DNA of 63,472 bases from Pedosphaera sp. (GTDB lineage Bacteria; Verrucomicrobiota; Verrucomicrobiia; Limisphaerales; UBA1096): positions 1 to 63,472 of the forward strand of contig JAKUOU010000023.1 of the NCBI GenBank assembly GCA_022451065.1, in the 5' to 3' direction. Positions 11,826 to 25,244 of the stretch are shown one piece after another. The notes below the pieces were generated by a model. That model searched no databases. It worked only from the letters and a program-made list of their open reading frames with translations, and was not told the origin of the DNA. Each line of letters opens with the position of its first letter. Position 1 is the stretch's first letter. A program made the translations under genes and the position numbers.

Positions 11826-12476
11826 ATGCGCAGATTCCTGACGACAACCCTTTCAAATTGGCTTGGCCTGGTTTTGTTGCTCGGCTCGGCCGCCGGTTGC
11901 GTAAACAAACAACGAATGACCGAGCCGATCCGTAGTGTCGGCGAACAGTTGCTGCTCAGCAACTCCATCGACCGGGCACTCTCGGAACTAGACTTGGAGG
12001 CTATCGGCCGTCTGAAGGGTTTCAAGGTTTACCTTTCGACAGTTTACTTGCAGACGCTCGACCAAGAGTACCTCATAGGCTCGCTCCGCGACCTGCTTCT
12101 TTCCAGCGGCGTGTTGGTGGTTGATGACATCGCCCAGGCGGAGATGATTGTCGAGATACGAAGTGGCGCCAATTCGCTGGATTCGGCAGCGGTCACCGCC
12201 GGTATCGCCGAGGATCAGGCACTCCCTAATCCAGTCACCGGTGCCCCAATTGCCCTGCCCGAGTTGGCCTTCTTCAAGAAGCAAAACATCGTCTCTTTGA
12301 CCAAGGTCGCCCTAGTGGCCTACCATGCCGACTCTCGGGAACATGTTTTTTCCTCCGGCACATTGCTCGGAGGTGCCTACGAACGGCATTACCAGTTCCT
12401 CGGTCTCATTCGACTGCGCTTCACAGACGTGCCCGAGTTGCGTGCAATTAAACAGCTAAAACGGCGCTATCGCTGA
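11826..12476 (+). CDS. lipoprotein, DUF6655-like
   Basis: Lipobox-like AAG-C and EQLLLSNSIDRA motif; family assignment is from memory. Confidence 0.65.
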   Translation: MRRFLTTTLSNWLGLVLLLGSAAGCVNKQRMTEPIRSVGEQLLLSNSIDRALSELDLEAIGRLKGFKVYLSTVYLQTLDQEYLIGSLRDLLLSSGVLVVDDIAQAEMIVEIRSGANSLDSAAVTAGIAEDQALPNPVTGAPIALPELAFFKKQNIVSLTKVALVAYHADSREHVFSSGTLLGGAYERHYQFLGLIRLRFTDVPELRAIKQLKRRYR

Positions 12477-12529
12477 CTCCAATCGGCCAATCACCTGGCC
12501 AAACGACCCGCACGCAACAAAAAAACCCA

Positions 12530-13634
<1,105 letters not shown>

Positions 13635-13655
13635 GCCATAGAGCGTGCGAGGGCG

Positions 13656-15884
<2,229 letters not shown>

Positions 15885-16321
15885 CTAATTGTTTATGAAA
15901 AATAACCATTTAAAACGAATTAACCTACTCCAAATTGTTGGACCACTGTGAATTAGAAAATCCAGGTTCCACGGTGGGACTGTTTTTTTCAGGATGAAGC
16001 GTAGCGGAGTCCTGCAGAACAAAGCTGCTCTTCCAAGCATTGTGCCCTCGGCGATAGTTGTTAGTCAAGACGATACGATTCATCACTTACATCACCAATG
16101 TTGCTACGAAACGATGCTTCGCTGGATTCTGCCTGACAATCCCTGACCACGACTGATTTCGGTTTCAATCATGAAGTGTTACAGTCAACGGTATCAATGC
16201 AAAGGCCTCGTTCTTGTCGCCGTGAATGTCGCGGACACCTTTCATGCGTGACGTGACACTACTGACAAGAGCTACTCTCTAGAGCGAGGCAATGATTGCC
16301 AATGTCAAACTGGGCCTTCAA

Positions 16322-16348
16322 AGGTTAAATCCTGATAAAATTTAACCT
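16322..16348. repeat. perfect 9-bp inverted repeat downstream of cysC
   Basis: AGGTTAAAT-N9-ATTTAACCT; could be a terminator-like hairpin or a protein-binding site. Confidence 0.5.
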
Positions 16349-16375
16349 AAAGTGACTCAAATAGCGTCGCCTTGT

Positions 16376-16954
16376 TTATTGGCTCAAGAACGACAAAACA
16401 CTATCAACCGCTTCAGCCACGCTCAATCGGTCTGTATTCAGTTCAACCTCGGGCGATACCGGTGGTTCGTAGGGCGAAGAGATGCCGGTAAAATCTGCTA
16501 TTTCACCCCTAATGGCACGGGCATAGAGCCCCTTGGTATCTCGCTTCTCGCATACTTGCAGAGGCGCATTGACGTACACTTCAATGAAACAGCTCTCGAG
16601 CATCGCATCTCTAACTCGATCTCTGTCTACCCGAAATGGCGAAATGAAGGCTACTATCACGCACAGGCCCGAGTTGGCCATGATACGAGCGACTTCACCA
16701 ATGCGCCGAATATTCTCAGTTCGATCCTTGGATGAAAAACCCAAGTCCTGACACAAACCTGTACGAATAATGTCGCCGTCAAGGACAAATACCTGACGGC
16801 CAGCATCAAACAACTTTCGCTCCAAAGCCATGGCAATGGTACTTTTTCCTGAACCGCTCAAGCCTGTCAGCCATATGACCTGACCAAGGTGACCGTTTCG
16901 CTTATTGCGCTCAGCGAGTGAAACTTTGCTACTGACTTGTGTTAAATTACTCAC
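16376..16954 (-). CDS. cysC: adenylyl-sulfate kinase
   Basis: WLTGLSGSGKST, LDGD, RTENIRRIGEVA, FTGISSPYEPP. Confidence 0.96.
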   Translation of the reverse strand: MSNLTQVSSKVSLAERNKRNGHLGQVIWLTGLSGSGKSTIAMALERKLFDAGRQVFVLDGDIIRTGLCQDLGFSSKDRTENIRRIGEVARIMANSGLCVIVAFISPFRVDRDRVRDAMLESCFIEVYVNAPLQVCEKRDTKGLYARAIRGEIADFTGISSPYEPPVSPEVELNTDRLSVAEAVDSVLSFLSQ

Positions 16955-17006
16955 GAACTGTGATCAGCATCTGACATTGTTTTTGGGCGTGTCAACAGGA
17001 AAGACT

Positions 17007-18326
17007 TTAAATCGAAAAGTCGGTGTACTCAGGTCGATAAAGCTGGGATGGAGGCCGAAGCATTCCGGCAGCGACAGTGGCATTGGTTTCTGGGTCAACG
17101 AGAACAAAAGAACCGGTGAGTCGGTTGGTCGTGTAGCCATCAAAGACCAGCGGCTTGGCTGTGCGCAGGCTGACCTCACCAATATCGTTCAAGGCCAACT
17201 GATCCGGCTCGGGTTCCGTTTCGTAAGTGTTAATATTAACGCGACTGTCCAAGCTCCCGACCATGGCCTGCACGGTTTGTGCACCGTGTTTTAGATAATA
17301 TTTCCGGTTACGCTTCAGTGGCCGCGAATCCATCCAACACAGCTGTGCTGAGAGATCTGCACAATAGCCAGGCAATGGGTCAAGACCCACGATCGTATCA
17401 CCCCGGCTGACATCGATATCATCCTCAAGTAGAAGCGTGACGGACTGCGGTGAAAAGGCCTCTTCCAGTGTCCCATCGTAAGTCCAGATTTCCCTGATTT
17501 TGCTCTTAAGGCCGCTCGGTAAAATTAGCACTTCTTGGCCGATTTTCACAATGCCACCAGTAATCTGACCGGAAAAACCACGAAAATCGTGCAAAGTTTT
17601 ATCTTTCGGGTTGTTTGGACGGTTTACCCACTGAACAGGAAAACGAAAAGCATTTAGATTCCAATCACTAGCGTTGTGCACGGATTCCAGGTGGCCAAGC
17701 AGCGTCGTTCCTTCATACCACGGCGAATGCCGGGAGGGAGTGACAACATTGTCCCCCTCCAATGCACTAATCGGTATAAACTTCACATCCTTGAACATAT
17801 CCAGCTTGGGAAGAAAACCCTCAATTTCAGCGCGAATATTGCGATAGCAATCCTCGCTCCAACCTACGAGGTCCATTTTATTGATTGCAAATAGGATGTG
17901 CGGAATACCCAACAGCGCAGAGAGATAGCTGTGCCTACGCGTCTGCTCAATGACACCATTTCGTGCATCCACGAGCACGACGGAAAGATGTGCCGTGCTC
18001 GCGCCAGTGACCATATTGCGCGTGTACTGCTCATGGCCCGGCGTATCGGCAACTATGAACTTCCGCTTGGGCGTAGCAAAGTACCGGTAGGCCACATCGA
18101 TTGTAATTCCCTGCTCCCGTTCAGCACGAAGGCCATCGGTAAGGTTGGCCAGATTCACCTTTCCACCGCCGGTAATGTCGGCCGATCGCTCCAACGCATC
18201 CATCTGGTCCTCCATGATTGACTTGGAATCATACAGCAAACGGCCAATGAGCGTAGACTTGCCATCGTCGACAGAGCCGCAAGTATTGAAGCGCAGTAGA
18301 TCAACTGGATGTTGGGATTGATTCAC
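17007..18326 (-). CDS. cysN: sulfate adenylyltransferase subunit 1 (GTPase)
   Basis: GSVDDGKSTLIGRLL, EREQGITIDVAYRYF, DTPGHEQYTRNM, NKMD. Confidence 0.96.
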   Translation of the reverse strand: MNQSQHPVDLLRFNTCGSVDDGKSTLIGRLLYDSKSIMEDQMDALERSADITGGGKVNLANLTDGLRAEREQGITIDVAYRYFATPKRKFIVADTPGHEQYTRNMVTGASTAHLSVVLVDARNGVIEQTRRHSYLSALLGIPHILFAINKMDLVGWSEDCYRNIRAEIEGFLPKLDMFKDVKFIPISALEGDNVVTPSRHSPWYEGTTLLGHLESVHNASDWNLNAFRFPVQWVNRPNNPKDKTLHDFRGFSGQITGGIVKIGQEVLILPSGLKSKIREIWTYDGTLEEAFSPQSVTLLLEDDIDVSRGDTIVGLDPLPGYCADLSAQLCWMDSRPLKRNRKYYLKHGAQTVQAMVGSLDSRVNINTYETEPEPDQLALNDIGEVSLRTAKPLVFDGYTTNRLTGSFVLVDPETNATVAAGMLRPPSQLYRPEYTDFSI

Positions 18327-18335
18327 GGGAATTGA

Positions 18336-19274
18336 TTAAAAATATCCGACCTTCTTGCGATCTTCCATCGCAGCCTCGCTGGCTTTGTCGTCTGCACGAG
18401 AACCCCTCTCGGTCACACGCGCGGCAGCAATCTCCGCAATGATGTCATCAATATTATTTGCCGGGCTTTCAACCATACCCGTACTGATCATGTCAGCGAT
18501 CGTGCGTACCCTGCAGATCATCATGCGACGCTCCTCCTTCCCTGTCGGGCGCGCATTGGCGTATGGATCGGGTTTGTTGTTTTCGGAATGTGGGGGTGGT
18601 ACCGGTAACCATTGAGCGCCACGATGAAAACATTCCCTCTCGTGACTAAAATAAATCCCCGGTACAGCTAAATTCTCCTTCTTGATATACTCCCACACAT
18701 CCATCTCCGTCCAATTTGATAACGGGAAAACACGCATATTTTCACCTGAATTTAGGCGCGCATTGTAGAGATTCCATATTTCCGGTCGCTGATTCTTTGG
18801 ATCCCATTGCCCAAATGCATCGCGAAAACTAAAGAAACGTTCCTTTGCTCGGGCCTTTTCCTCATCCCTTCGCGCGCCACCGATACAGCAATCGAACTGA
18901 AACTCTTCAATGGCACCAAGCAACACAGGGATTTGCATCTGGTTACGACTGACTTGACCAGGAGTGGACACCGCAGCCCCACTTTCTATCGCTTCGTCGA
19001 CAGTACGAACAATCAGTCTGGCACCAAGTTCCTCCGCACGATAATCACGAAACTTAATCAACTCTGGAAACTCATGACCCGTCTCGACATTAAGAAATGG
19101 CATCGGAATTTCGGATGGTCGAAAAGCCTTCTCAGCGAGTCGCAGAATGCAGATGGAATCTTTGCCGCCGGAAAATAGGATTGCCGGTCGTTCAAACTCT
19201 GCGGCGACCTCACGCAACACATGAATTGCCTCGGCTTCGAGATACTCAAGATGGTCAAGGTGATAGGAACTCAT
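18336..19274 (-). CDS. cysD: sulfate adenylyltransferase subunit 2
   Basis: Start ATG 19274 (ATGA overlap with cysH); SGGKDS, GGARRDEEKARAKER, WDPKNQRPE, MEDRKKVGYF. Confidence 0.96.
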   Translation of the reverse strand: MSSYHLDHLEYLEAEAIHVLREVAAEFERPAILFSGGKDSICILRLAEKAFRPSEIPMPFLNVETGHEFPELIKFRDYRAEELGARLIVRTVDEAIESGAAVSTPGQVSRNQMQIPVLLGAIEEFQFDCCIGGARRDEEKARAKERFFSFRDAFGQWDPKNQRPEIWNLYNARLNSGENMRVFPLSNWTEMDVWEYIKKENLAVPGIYFSHERECFHRGAQWLPVPPPHSENNKPDPYANARPTGKEERRMMICRVRTIADMISTGMVESPANNIDDIIAEIAAARVTERGSRADDKASEAAMEDRKKVGYF

Positions 19275-19936
19275 TTTTCCGCAATCGCCTCCCCACCCCA
19301 ACTGGCGTGTAGTCCACACTCACGTTTCTCGTCTCCCTTCGCAGGGTCAAAGTAATCCCACTCGTTGGGCAGATTGTGTTCCTTAAGATAGGCCTCCATA
19401 TCATCATCACTCCAATGAAACACCGGGCTAACTTTTATCGAATTGAAATTTTCATCGGAGCTTACAATGTCCAATCCGGCACGATTTGGATTCTGCACTT
19501 TGCGCAGGGCGGTAATCCAAACTGTGGGAGCCAACTCTTTCATGCCACGCTGAAAAGGCTCCAGTTTCATAATTGTGCTAAAGGCCTTAATTGCTTCCTC
19601 GTTTTCCCTGGTCGGTTCAGGCATGCCACCATGCAAGGCTTCATAATGAGCCGCGGTGAACTTGGGAAGATAGGCCTTAATGTTTAGTTTAAGCAGCGAC
19701 TTCAACTCCTCGGCATGAGTGTAGGTGGCGGCACGGTTGTAGCCGTGGTCAACCCACAGGACAGGGATATCAGGCTGCTCCTCATTGGCTAGATGCAGAA
19801 TTACCGCCTCATATGGGCGAAAGTTGGTAGAAACAATTGCCCGCCCATTAGCCTTTGTAATGGCCCACCTAACCACCTCAAGCGGCGATTTGTCGCGTAG
19901 CGCCTCGTTAGCTTGGATAATATCTTCCGGTGTCAT
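19271..19936 (-). CDS. cysH: phosphoadenosine phosphosulfate reductase family protein
   Basis: C-terminal KRECGLH motif and KLEP; lacks the CC...CxxC Fe-S ligands of APS reductases, so PAPS-reductase-like; first gene of the cys operon. Confidence 0.88.
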   Translation of the reverse strand: MTPEDIIQANEALRDKSPLEVVRWAITKANGRAIVSTNFRPYEAVILHLANEEQPDIPVLWVDHGYNRAATYTHAEELKSLLKLNIKAYLPKFTAAHYEALHGGMPEPTRENEEAIKAFSTIMKLEPFQRGMKELAPTVWITALRKVQNPNRAGLDIVSSDENFNSIKVSPVFHWSDDDMEAYLKEHNLPNEWDYFDPAKGDEKRECGLHASWGGEAIAEK

Positions 19937-20070
19937 GGCTGATAGGAGTTTGAGTTATTAGTCTTCCTAGGTTGCATCTCACACTAACCAAAACATTCGC
20001 CCAAATACGACTCCTAGGTAGAATACCTTTTTGAACGGTTTCAGCGTTGTAACAGTAGATTTCAATAAAA

Positions 20071-20124
20071 TTACCTAAACCCGATAGGCTTGGTTGAGAT
20101 TATGCTAATTCGCTCTTATGTCAA
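20071..20124 (-). promoter_or_regulatory. cys operon promoter with downstream dyad operator
   Basis: Minus strand TTGACA (20124-20119), 16 nt, TAATCT (20102-20097); CCTA-N7-TAGG dyad at 20074-20088. Confidence 0.6.
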
Positions 20125-20166
20125 AGGTTTTTAGTAATTTTTTTAGCTGAATATGGCGTAGTTCGC

Positions 20167-21492
20167 TCAGTATTTCTGTACCATTTCAGCAGTTTCGGTG
20201 CCGGAAAGGATCATTTCGACTGTTCGCTCGACGGCACCTTCATTGCTTTGAACCACTTTTTGTGCCGCCTGGCCAAGCGCCTCCCGCTTGGCTTTATCAC
20301 TGAGCAGATCGTCGATCGCCGACTCAAGAGCGGCCTCGTCTTGAACTTGAATCGCCGCGTCCTGAGATAAAAACTTGGCGGTAATTTCCTCGAAATTTTC
20401 CATGTGCGGGCCAACCACGATCGCCTTGGCCAAGCCGGCCGGTTCGATCGGGTTTTGGCCGCCCTGTGTCGCCAGACTTTTGCCGATGAACACGACGGCG
20501 GCTTCCTCGTAAAAGTACTTCAACTCTCCTGTGGTATTGACGAGCAGACAGTCCAAACTCCCTCGTTCCCGACGAGATGTGTTGCCGCCGATCTCGTTGC
20601 GATAAACAAAACGGACACCCAGCCCGGACAGGGCTTCGCCCACTTCACGCCCACGCTCGGCATGGCGCGGCACCAACACTAGAAACAGGTTGGGATGTTT
20701 CTTGCGCAGTCGCTTGGCCACACGGGCCAGGATTTCCTCCTCGCCGTTATGCGTGCTGCCACCGACGAGTAACGGCGCGCCCTCGGGGACGCCCAGGCTT
20801 TGCAGTAAGTTGGGGACGTCCAAAAGCCGATCCCGGCTGATCCCTGTTCCATCAAACTTGCAACTGCCAAACACGCGAACCACCTTGTTGTTGCAGCCGA
20901 GTTCCACCAGCCGCTTGGCATCGGGTTCGCTCTGGGCCCCCACGCCGGTGAACCCGGCAAAAAACCTGCGGAACAAAAAGCGAAACCGGCAATACCCTCG
21001 GTGCGACTTCCCGGAGATGCGGGTGTTCACCAGAAAGTGCGGGATCCGCCGAGCCTGCAGCCCCCAGAGGAAATTTGGCCATATCTCGGCCTCAACAAGC
21101 ACCACCGCCCTGGGCCGGATGGTGGCTAGGGCACGCCGAACAAATCCACGACGGTCGATCGGGTAGTAAATCCTACTCACCTCTACGGGGAGTTTTTTTC
21201 GTAACTCGTTCATCGCCGTGGAGGTGGTTGTGGAGACGACCAGCTTGATGTTGGGCAGTCGCGGCTGGAGAACCTTGATCAACTGCACACAGATGTTCGC
21301 CTCGCCAACACTGACCGCATGCAGCCAGATGACATCCCGGTTGCTGATGGCTTGCTTGAACTCGGTGGAATAACGGCCCAACCGCTCCCCAAAACCCCGC
21401 CGCCAGCCCCCTCGGCGTCTCATTCGCAAAAAATAATATGGCGCTGAAAGGATAAAACAGGCCTCAAATAGAATGTTATAAATAAATTGCAC
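20167..21492 (-). CDS. waaA: 3-deoxy-D-manno-octulosonic acid (Kdo) transferase
   Basis: Probable GTG start 21492; IWLHAVSVGE, EAEIWPN, GSTHNGEE, LVPRHAER, GGQNPIEPA, GPHMENF. Confidence 0.93.
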   Translation of the reverse strand: MQFIYNILFEACFILSAPYYFLRMRRRGGWRRGFGERLGRYSTEFKQAISNRDVIWLHAVSVGEANICVQLIKVLQPRLPNIKLVVSTTTSTAMNELRKKLPVEVSRIYYPIDRRGFVRRALATIRPRAVVLVEAEIWPNFLWGLQARRIPHFLVNTRISGKSHRGYCRFRFLFRRFFAGFTGVGAQSEPDAKRLVELGCNNKVVRVFGSCKFDGTGISRDRLLDVPNLLQSLGVPEGAPLLVGGSTHNGEEEILARVAKRLRKKHPNLFLVLVPRHAERGREVGEALSGLGVRFVYRNEIGGNTSRRERGSLDCLLVNTTGELKYFYEEAAVVFIGKSLATQGGQNPIEPAGLAKAIVVGPHMENFEEITAKFLSQDAAIQVQDEAALESAIDDLLSDKAKREALGQAAQKVVQSNEGAVERTVEMILSGTETAEMVQKY

Positions 21493-21704
21493 CCAGCAGC
21501 TTGTGATTCCACGCCTCTCTTCCCTCCAGCTAGAACAGCGCACACAATGCCAAGGGGCAAACTTAAATGCAATTTTTTGAAACTTGGCGAGGTTTGTTGC
21601 GTATTAACAACGGTTTGGCAATCGGAAAGAGGCTGGTGAGCTCTGTAAAGGTAAGGATTGAACGCACTTAAGTTTCTCTTTAGCATTTCCGACCTCTATT
21701 TTTT

Positions 21705-23063
21705 ATGAAAAATATCATTATCATCGCACTACTGGTGTTGGTCGTTGGCTATATCGGTTACGAAAAATGGCAAGATGGCCAGAATGCCAATAATCAGGGT
21801 CAAGCGAAACTTAAAAACCGCAAGACCTCTGCGGTTATTAAGACAAGGGATATCAACTTCTCTGTAACCGTGGCGGGTGAAATAAGTCCTGCTGAAAAAG
21901 TGAGCGTTCGCCCGGAGGTTCATGGAAAGATTGCCGAACTGCCCGTCGACATCTCTGACAGAGTGGCCAAGGGAGAACTGTTGTTTAGACTGGATGACAA
22001 GGACCTTAAAATAGAAATTGATACCCGTAAAAAACAAATCGACAGCGCCAATCTCCAACTTGAACAGTCCAAGAGTGAATACGAACGTTCAAAAAAACTG
22101 TTTAATGACAGTCTTATATCTGAGGAGGCCTACCAAAATATCAGAACCAGATACGAGGTGGCTCAAATTTCACGTGACCGTGCCCAGAACGATTTTGACC
22201 TCTCTCAGGAGAAACTCTCGAAGACCAGCGTTCTAGCCCCTTTTGACTGCACGGTTCTGTCCCGACCTGTATCGATTGGCCAGGCGGTTTCCGGCACGGG
22301 CGGTCAAAGTAGCGGCACCGAAGTGATGGAGATTGCAGATTTGAAAAACCTGATCATCTTATCCCATGTCAATCAGGCCGATGTCTCGCGCATGGGCAAA
22401 AATCAGCAGGTGAAGATTGAAATTGAAGCGGTGGCAGACCTGATTATAGATGGCATTGTTGAAAGAATTGCCCCGCAGGCAACAATTAGAAGTGGCATCA
22501 AGGGTTTTTCAACCCGTATCAGATTGCTGAACGCTGACCCATCCATCATTCCAGGCATGACAGCGACCATCAACATTCCTGTCGCCAATTCCAAGGATGT
22601 CGTGGCAGCACCACTGGCTTCCATTTTCACGGAAAGGAACGATGTCGAACAACGAACCGAAACCTATGCTTACGTCAAGCAGGAGGAAAAAAAATATGTT
22701 AAACAGATGGTTGATGTGGGCGTTAACGACCTTGACTTCGTTGAAGTATTGAAGGGGCTAAGTGTCGATGATGAGGTTTCCTTGGAAAAGCCAGATGACG
22801 AACTGATCGGGGAAACCGTCACCCTTACCGGAGAAACCAAGGCCAAGGAGGAAGAGAAGGTTGACCCCATGGTTGCCAAATACGATACAGACGGCGACGG
22901 CGAATTAAGTCGAGAGGAGAGAACAGCGGCATTCACGAAAATGTCAGATGAAGAAAGGACAAAAATGATTGATAAAATGCGTGAACGTTTTGGAGGCCGT
23001 GGGCCTGGTGGTGGAGGCGGCAAAGGTCGAGGGCCAGGTGGCGGCAGTAAAAGGCGTCCCTAA
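21705..23063 (+). CDS. MacA-like periplasmic adaptor (membrane fusion protein) with C-terminal EF-hand-like motif and Gly/Arg tail
   Basis: N-terminal TM, lipoyl halves flanking an alpha-hairpin (APFDCTV), PGMTA; tail DTDGDGELSREE...GGRGPGGGG. Confidence 0.9.
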   Translation: MKNIIIIALLVLVVGYIGYEKWQDGQNANNQGQAKLKNRKTSAVIKTRDINFSVTVAGEISPAEKVSVRPEVHGKIAELPVDISDRVAKGELLFRLDDKDLKIEIDTRKKQIDSANLQLEQSKSEYERSKKLFNDSLISEEAYQNIRTRYEVAQISRDRAQNDFDLSQEKLSKTSVLAPFDCTVLSRPVSIGQAVSGTGGQSSGTEVMEIADLKNLIILSHVNQADVSRMGKNQQVKIEIEAVADLIIDGIVERIAPQATIRSGIKGFSTRIRLLNADPSIIPGMTATINIPVANSKDVVAAPLASIFTERNDVEQRTETYAYVKQEEKKYVKQMVDVGVNDLDFVEVLKGLSVDDEVSLEKPDDELIGETVTLTGETKAKEEEKVDPMVAKYDTDGDGELSREERTAAFTKMSDEERTKMIDKMRERFGGRGPGGGGGKGRGPGGGSKRRP

Positions 23064-23098
23064 TATTTCAGTGCGGAAACCAAATTAGAGGATTTTTC

Positions 23099-23842
23099 AT
23101 GCCCCTTCTGGAACTCAGGGACATCCACAAAACGTATCATCTAGGTGGCGAAACCATTCGTGCTCTGGATGGAGTATCTCTAGATATAGATTCTGGTGAA
23201 TTTATCTCCATTATTGGGCCATCTGGCAGCGGTAAATCCACATTGATGCATATCCTGGGATGTTTAGACACGCCCACTTCTGGAACCATTAACCTCGATG
23301 GGATGATGATTCATGATGCCTCTGCACGCCAGTTGGCTGCCATTCGAAACAAGAAGATTGGGTTTGTTTTTCAGTTTTTCAATCTTTTGCCCAAGTTGAC
23401 CGTTCGTCAAAACGTGGAACTGCCGATGATTTACAGTGGACTCAGCGGCAAAGAACGCCGAGAGAGAGCGATGAATTCATTGAGTTCGGTCAATATGGAG
23501 GATCGCAGCAAGCATCGCCCCTCCCAGTTGTCCGGAGGACAACAGCAACGTGCAGCCATCGCCCGGGCTTTGGTGAATGACCCTCGAATCATCTTTGCCG
23601 ACGAACCAACTGGAAACCTTGACTCAAACACCGGCGTGTTGATCCTTGAGATGTTTGATAAACTGCACCAGGAGGGGCGAACTGTCATGCTCGTAACGCA
23701 TGATCCTGAAATTGCGGCGGTCACGCCGCGCCGGATCGAGATTCGTGATGGAAAGATTGCCAACGAAATTGACCCGAAACTGGCCGGAGAAGTCCCAAAG
23801 TTCGACCAGTTCAAAGACGTTAAATCTAAAAAACTGACATGA
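23099..23842 (+). CDS. MacB/LolD-type ABC transporter ATP-binding protein
   Basis: GPSGSGKSTL, GFVFQFFNL, LSGGQQQR, ADEPTGNLD, VTHD. Confidence 0.95.
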   Translation: MPLLELRDIHKTYHLGGETIRALDGVSLDIDSGEFISIIGPSGSGKSTLMHILGCLDTPTSGTINLDGMMIHDASARQLAAIRNKKIGFVFQFFNLLPKLTVRQNVELPMIYSGLSGKERRERAMNSLSSVNMEDRSKHRPSQLSGGQQQRAAIARALVNDPRIIFADEPTGNLDSNTGVLILEMFDKLHQEGRTVMLVTHDPEIAAVTPRRIEIRDGKIANEIDPKLAGEVPKFDQFKDVKSKKLT

Positions 23843-23846
23843 CTTC

Positions 23847-25232
23847 ATGAATTTGGGTTCGATCATCGAAAGTGGATTCAAGGAAATCTGGGCACACTGG
23901 TTCCGGTCGCTGCTCACAATGTTCGGGATTATCCTGGGTGTGGCCAGCCTGGTGACCATGTCCTCCTTTGTTAAAGGAAAGGAAAACCTACTTAAGGATT
24001 CCCTGGCCGAATCCGGAGGACTGGAACGAATCGTTGTGGATGACAACGATGATCTGCCTGATTACCAAAAACATCTTGAAGACGAAGCTAATGGAATGAC
24101 ATTAAAAGATGTTTACGCCTTACAAAAAAATGCACCACTAGTTTATAACGTCACCCCCGTGATTGAAAAAAGAAGCTACCGTGGATCGCTTCGTGTCAGC
24201 AGAAAAGGCAAAAGAGTCCGCTACGCATCAGTAAAGGGAACCTGGCCAAGTCTGCTGGAAATTGAAGAGCACGAACTGGAACACGGACGCGTTTTCTCGG
24301 ACATGGATGATCTGCTAGCCAATCCCGTCTGCATCATTGGAACCCAAATTCGAAATGATCTTTTTGGGGAATACGACAACCAGGGGGAGGAAATCATTCC
24401 CATTGGTGAGAAAATCATGATCAATTATATTCCATTCAAGATCATAGGAATGTTCAAGCAATACATGAGCGAGGAGGATCGAAAAAAGAAAGAAGAAGCC
24501 CGCGCCGCTGGTCAAACGGTGGCACGACGTGATTTTAGAGCAGCTTACATGTCCGGCGACCGCCAATCTGGCACAGCGATGAGAATTTACAGCATGAAGA
24601 ATTCAACCGTTATGATTCCCATCAATACATTGGTTTCGAAGCTTGATTCAGATTATGACAGGGGAAGCAACATGGACCGTTCCTTGTCCAAGGTGGCAAT
24701 GAATATTTACGACGTATCGACGCTCGAAAAATCACTGCAACAGGTTCGCAATGTTCTGATGCAAACCCACAAAGGGTTGGAGGACTTTGAGTTTGAAACG
24801 CAGGAGGGTTTCGCTGGCGACATTAACCTATCGATCCAAAATGAACGAATCAGCGGGATGTTCATAGCGGGCATCTGCCTACTGGTTGGCGGCATTGGTA
24901 TTATAAACATCATGCTTTCCAGTATCTCAGAACGCGTCCGGGAAATTGGCATCCGAAAATCTATAGGAGCGACAAATATGGATGTTTTTCTGCAGATTTT
25001 GACGGAGAGTATTGTCATTGCCGTTGCTGGCGGGTTGGCTGGGATAATGCTCTCTCCAATTCTGGTCAACACACTGGCAAGTTTTGCCGACGGCACCACC
25101 CCCCCTGTAATGACGGCCTTTGCAATGGCAGTCGCATTCGGCTTCAGTGTGATCACCGGTAGTCTGGCCGGTCTTTTCCCTGCCATCAAGGCAGCGAAAC
25201 TCGATCCTATCCAGGCATTACGCTACGATTAA
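23847..25232 (+). CDS. MacB/FtsX-type ABC permease 1
   Basis: RSLLTMFGIILGV, large periplasmic domain, VGGIGIINIML...ERVREIGIRKSIGA, PAIKAAKLDPIQALRYD. Confidence 0.93.
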   Translation: MNLGSIIESGFKEIWAHWFRSLLTMFGIILGVASLVTMSSFVKGKENLLKDSLAESGGLERIVVDDNDDLPDYQKHLEDEANGMTLKDVYALQKNAPLVYNVTPVIEKRSYRGSLRVSRKGKRVRYASVKGTWPSLLEIEEHELEHGRVFSDMDDLLANPVCIIGTQIRNDLFGEYDNQGEEIIPIGEKIMINYIPFKIIGMFKQYMSEEDRKKKEEARAAGQTVARRDFRAAYMSGDRQSGTAMRIYSMKNSTVMIPINTLVSKLDSDYDRGSNMDRSLSKVAMNIYDVSTLEKSLQQVRNVLMQTHKGLEDFEFETQEGFAGDINLSIQNERISGMFIAGICLLVGGIGIINIMLSSISERVREIGIRKSIGATNMDVFLQILTESIVIAVAGGLAGIMLSPILVNTLASFADGTTPPVMTAFAMAVAFGFSVITGSLAGLFPAIKAAKLDPIQALRYD

Positions 25233-25244
25233 TCCAATCGGAGG

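Noticed and set aside
16954-17007. Possible frameshifted or split CysNC fusion
   Set aside because: cysN ends with a normal stop and cysC has its own start 52 nt later; both look complete.
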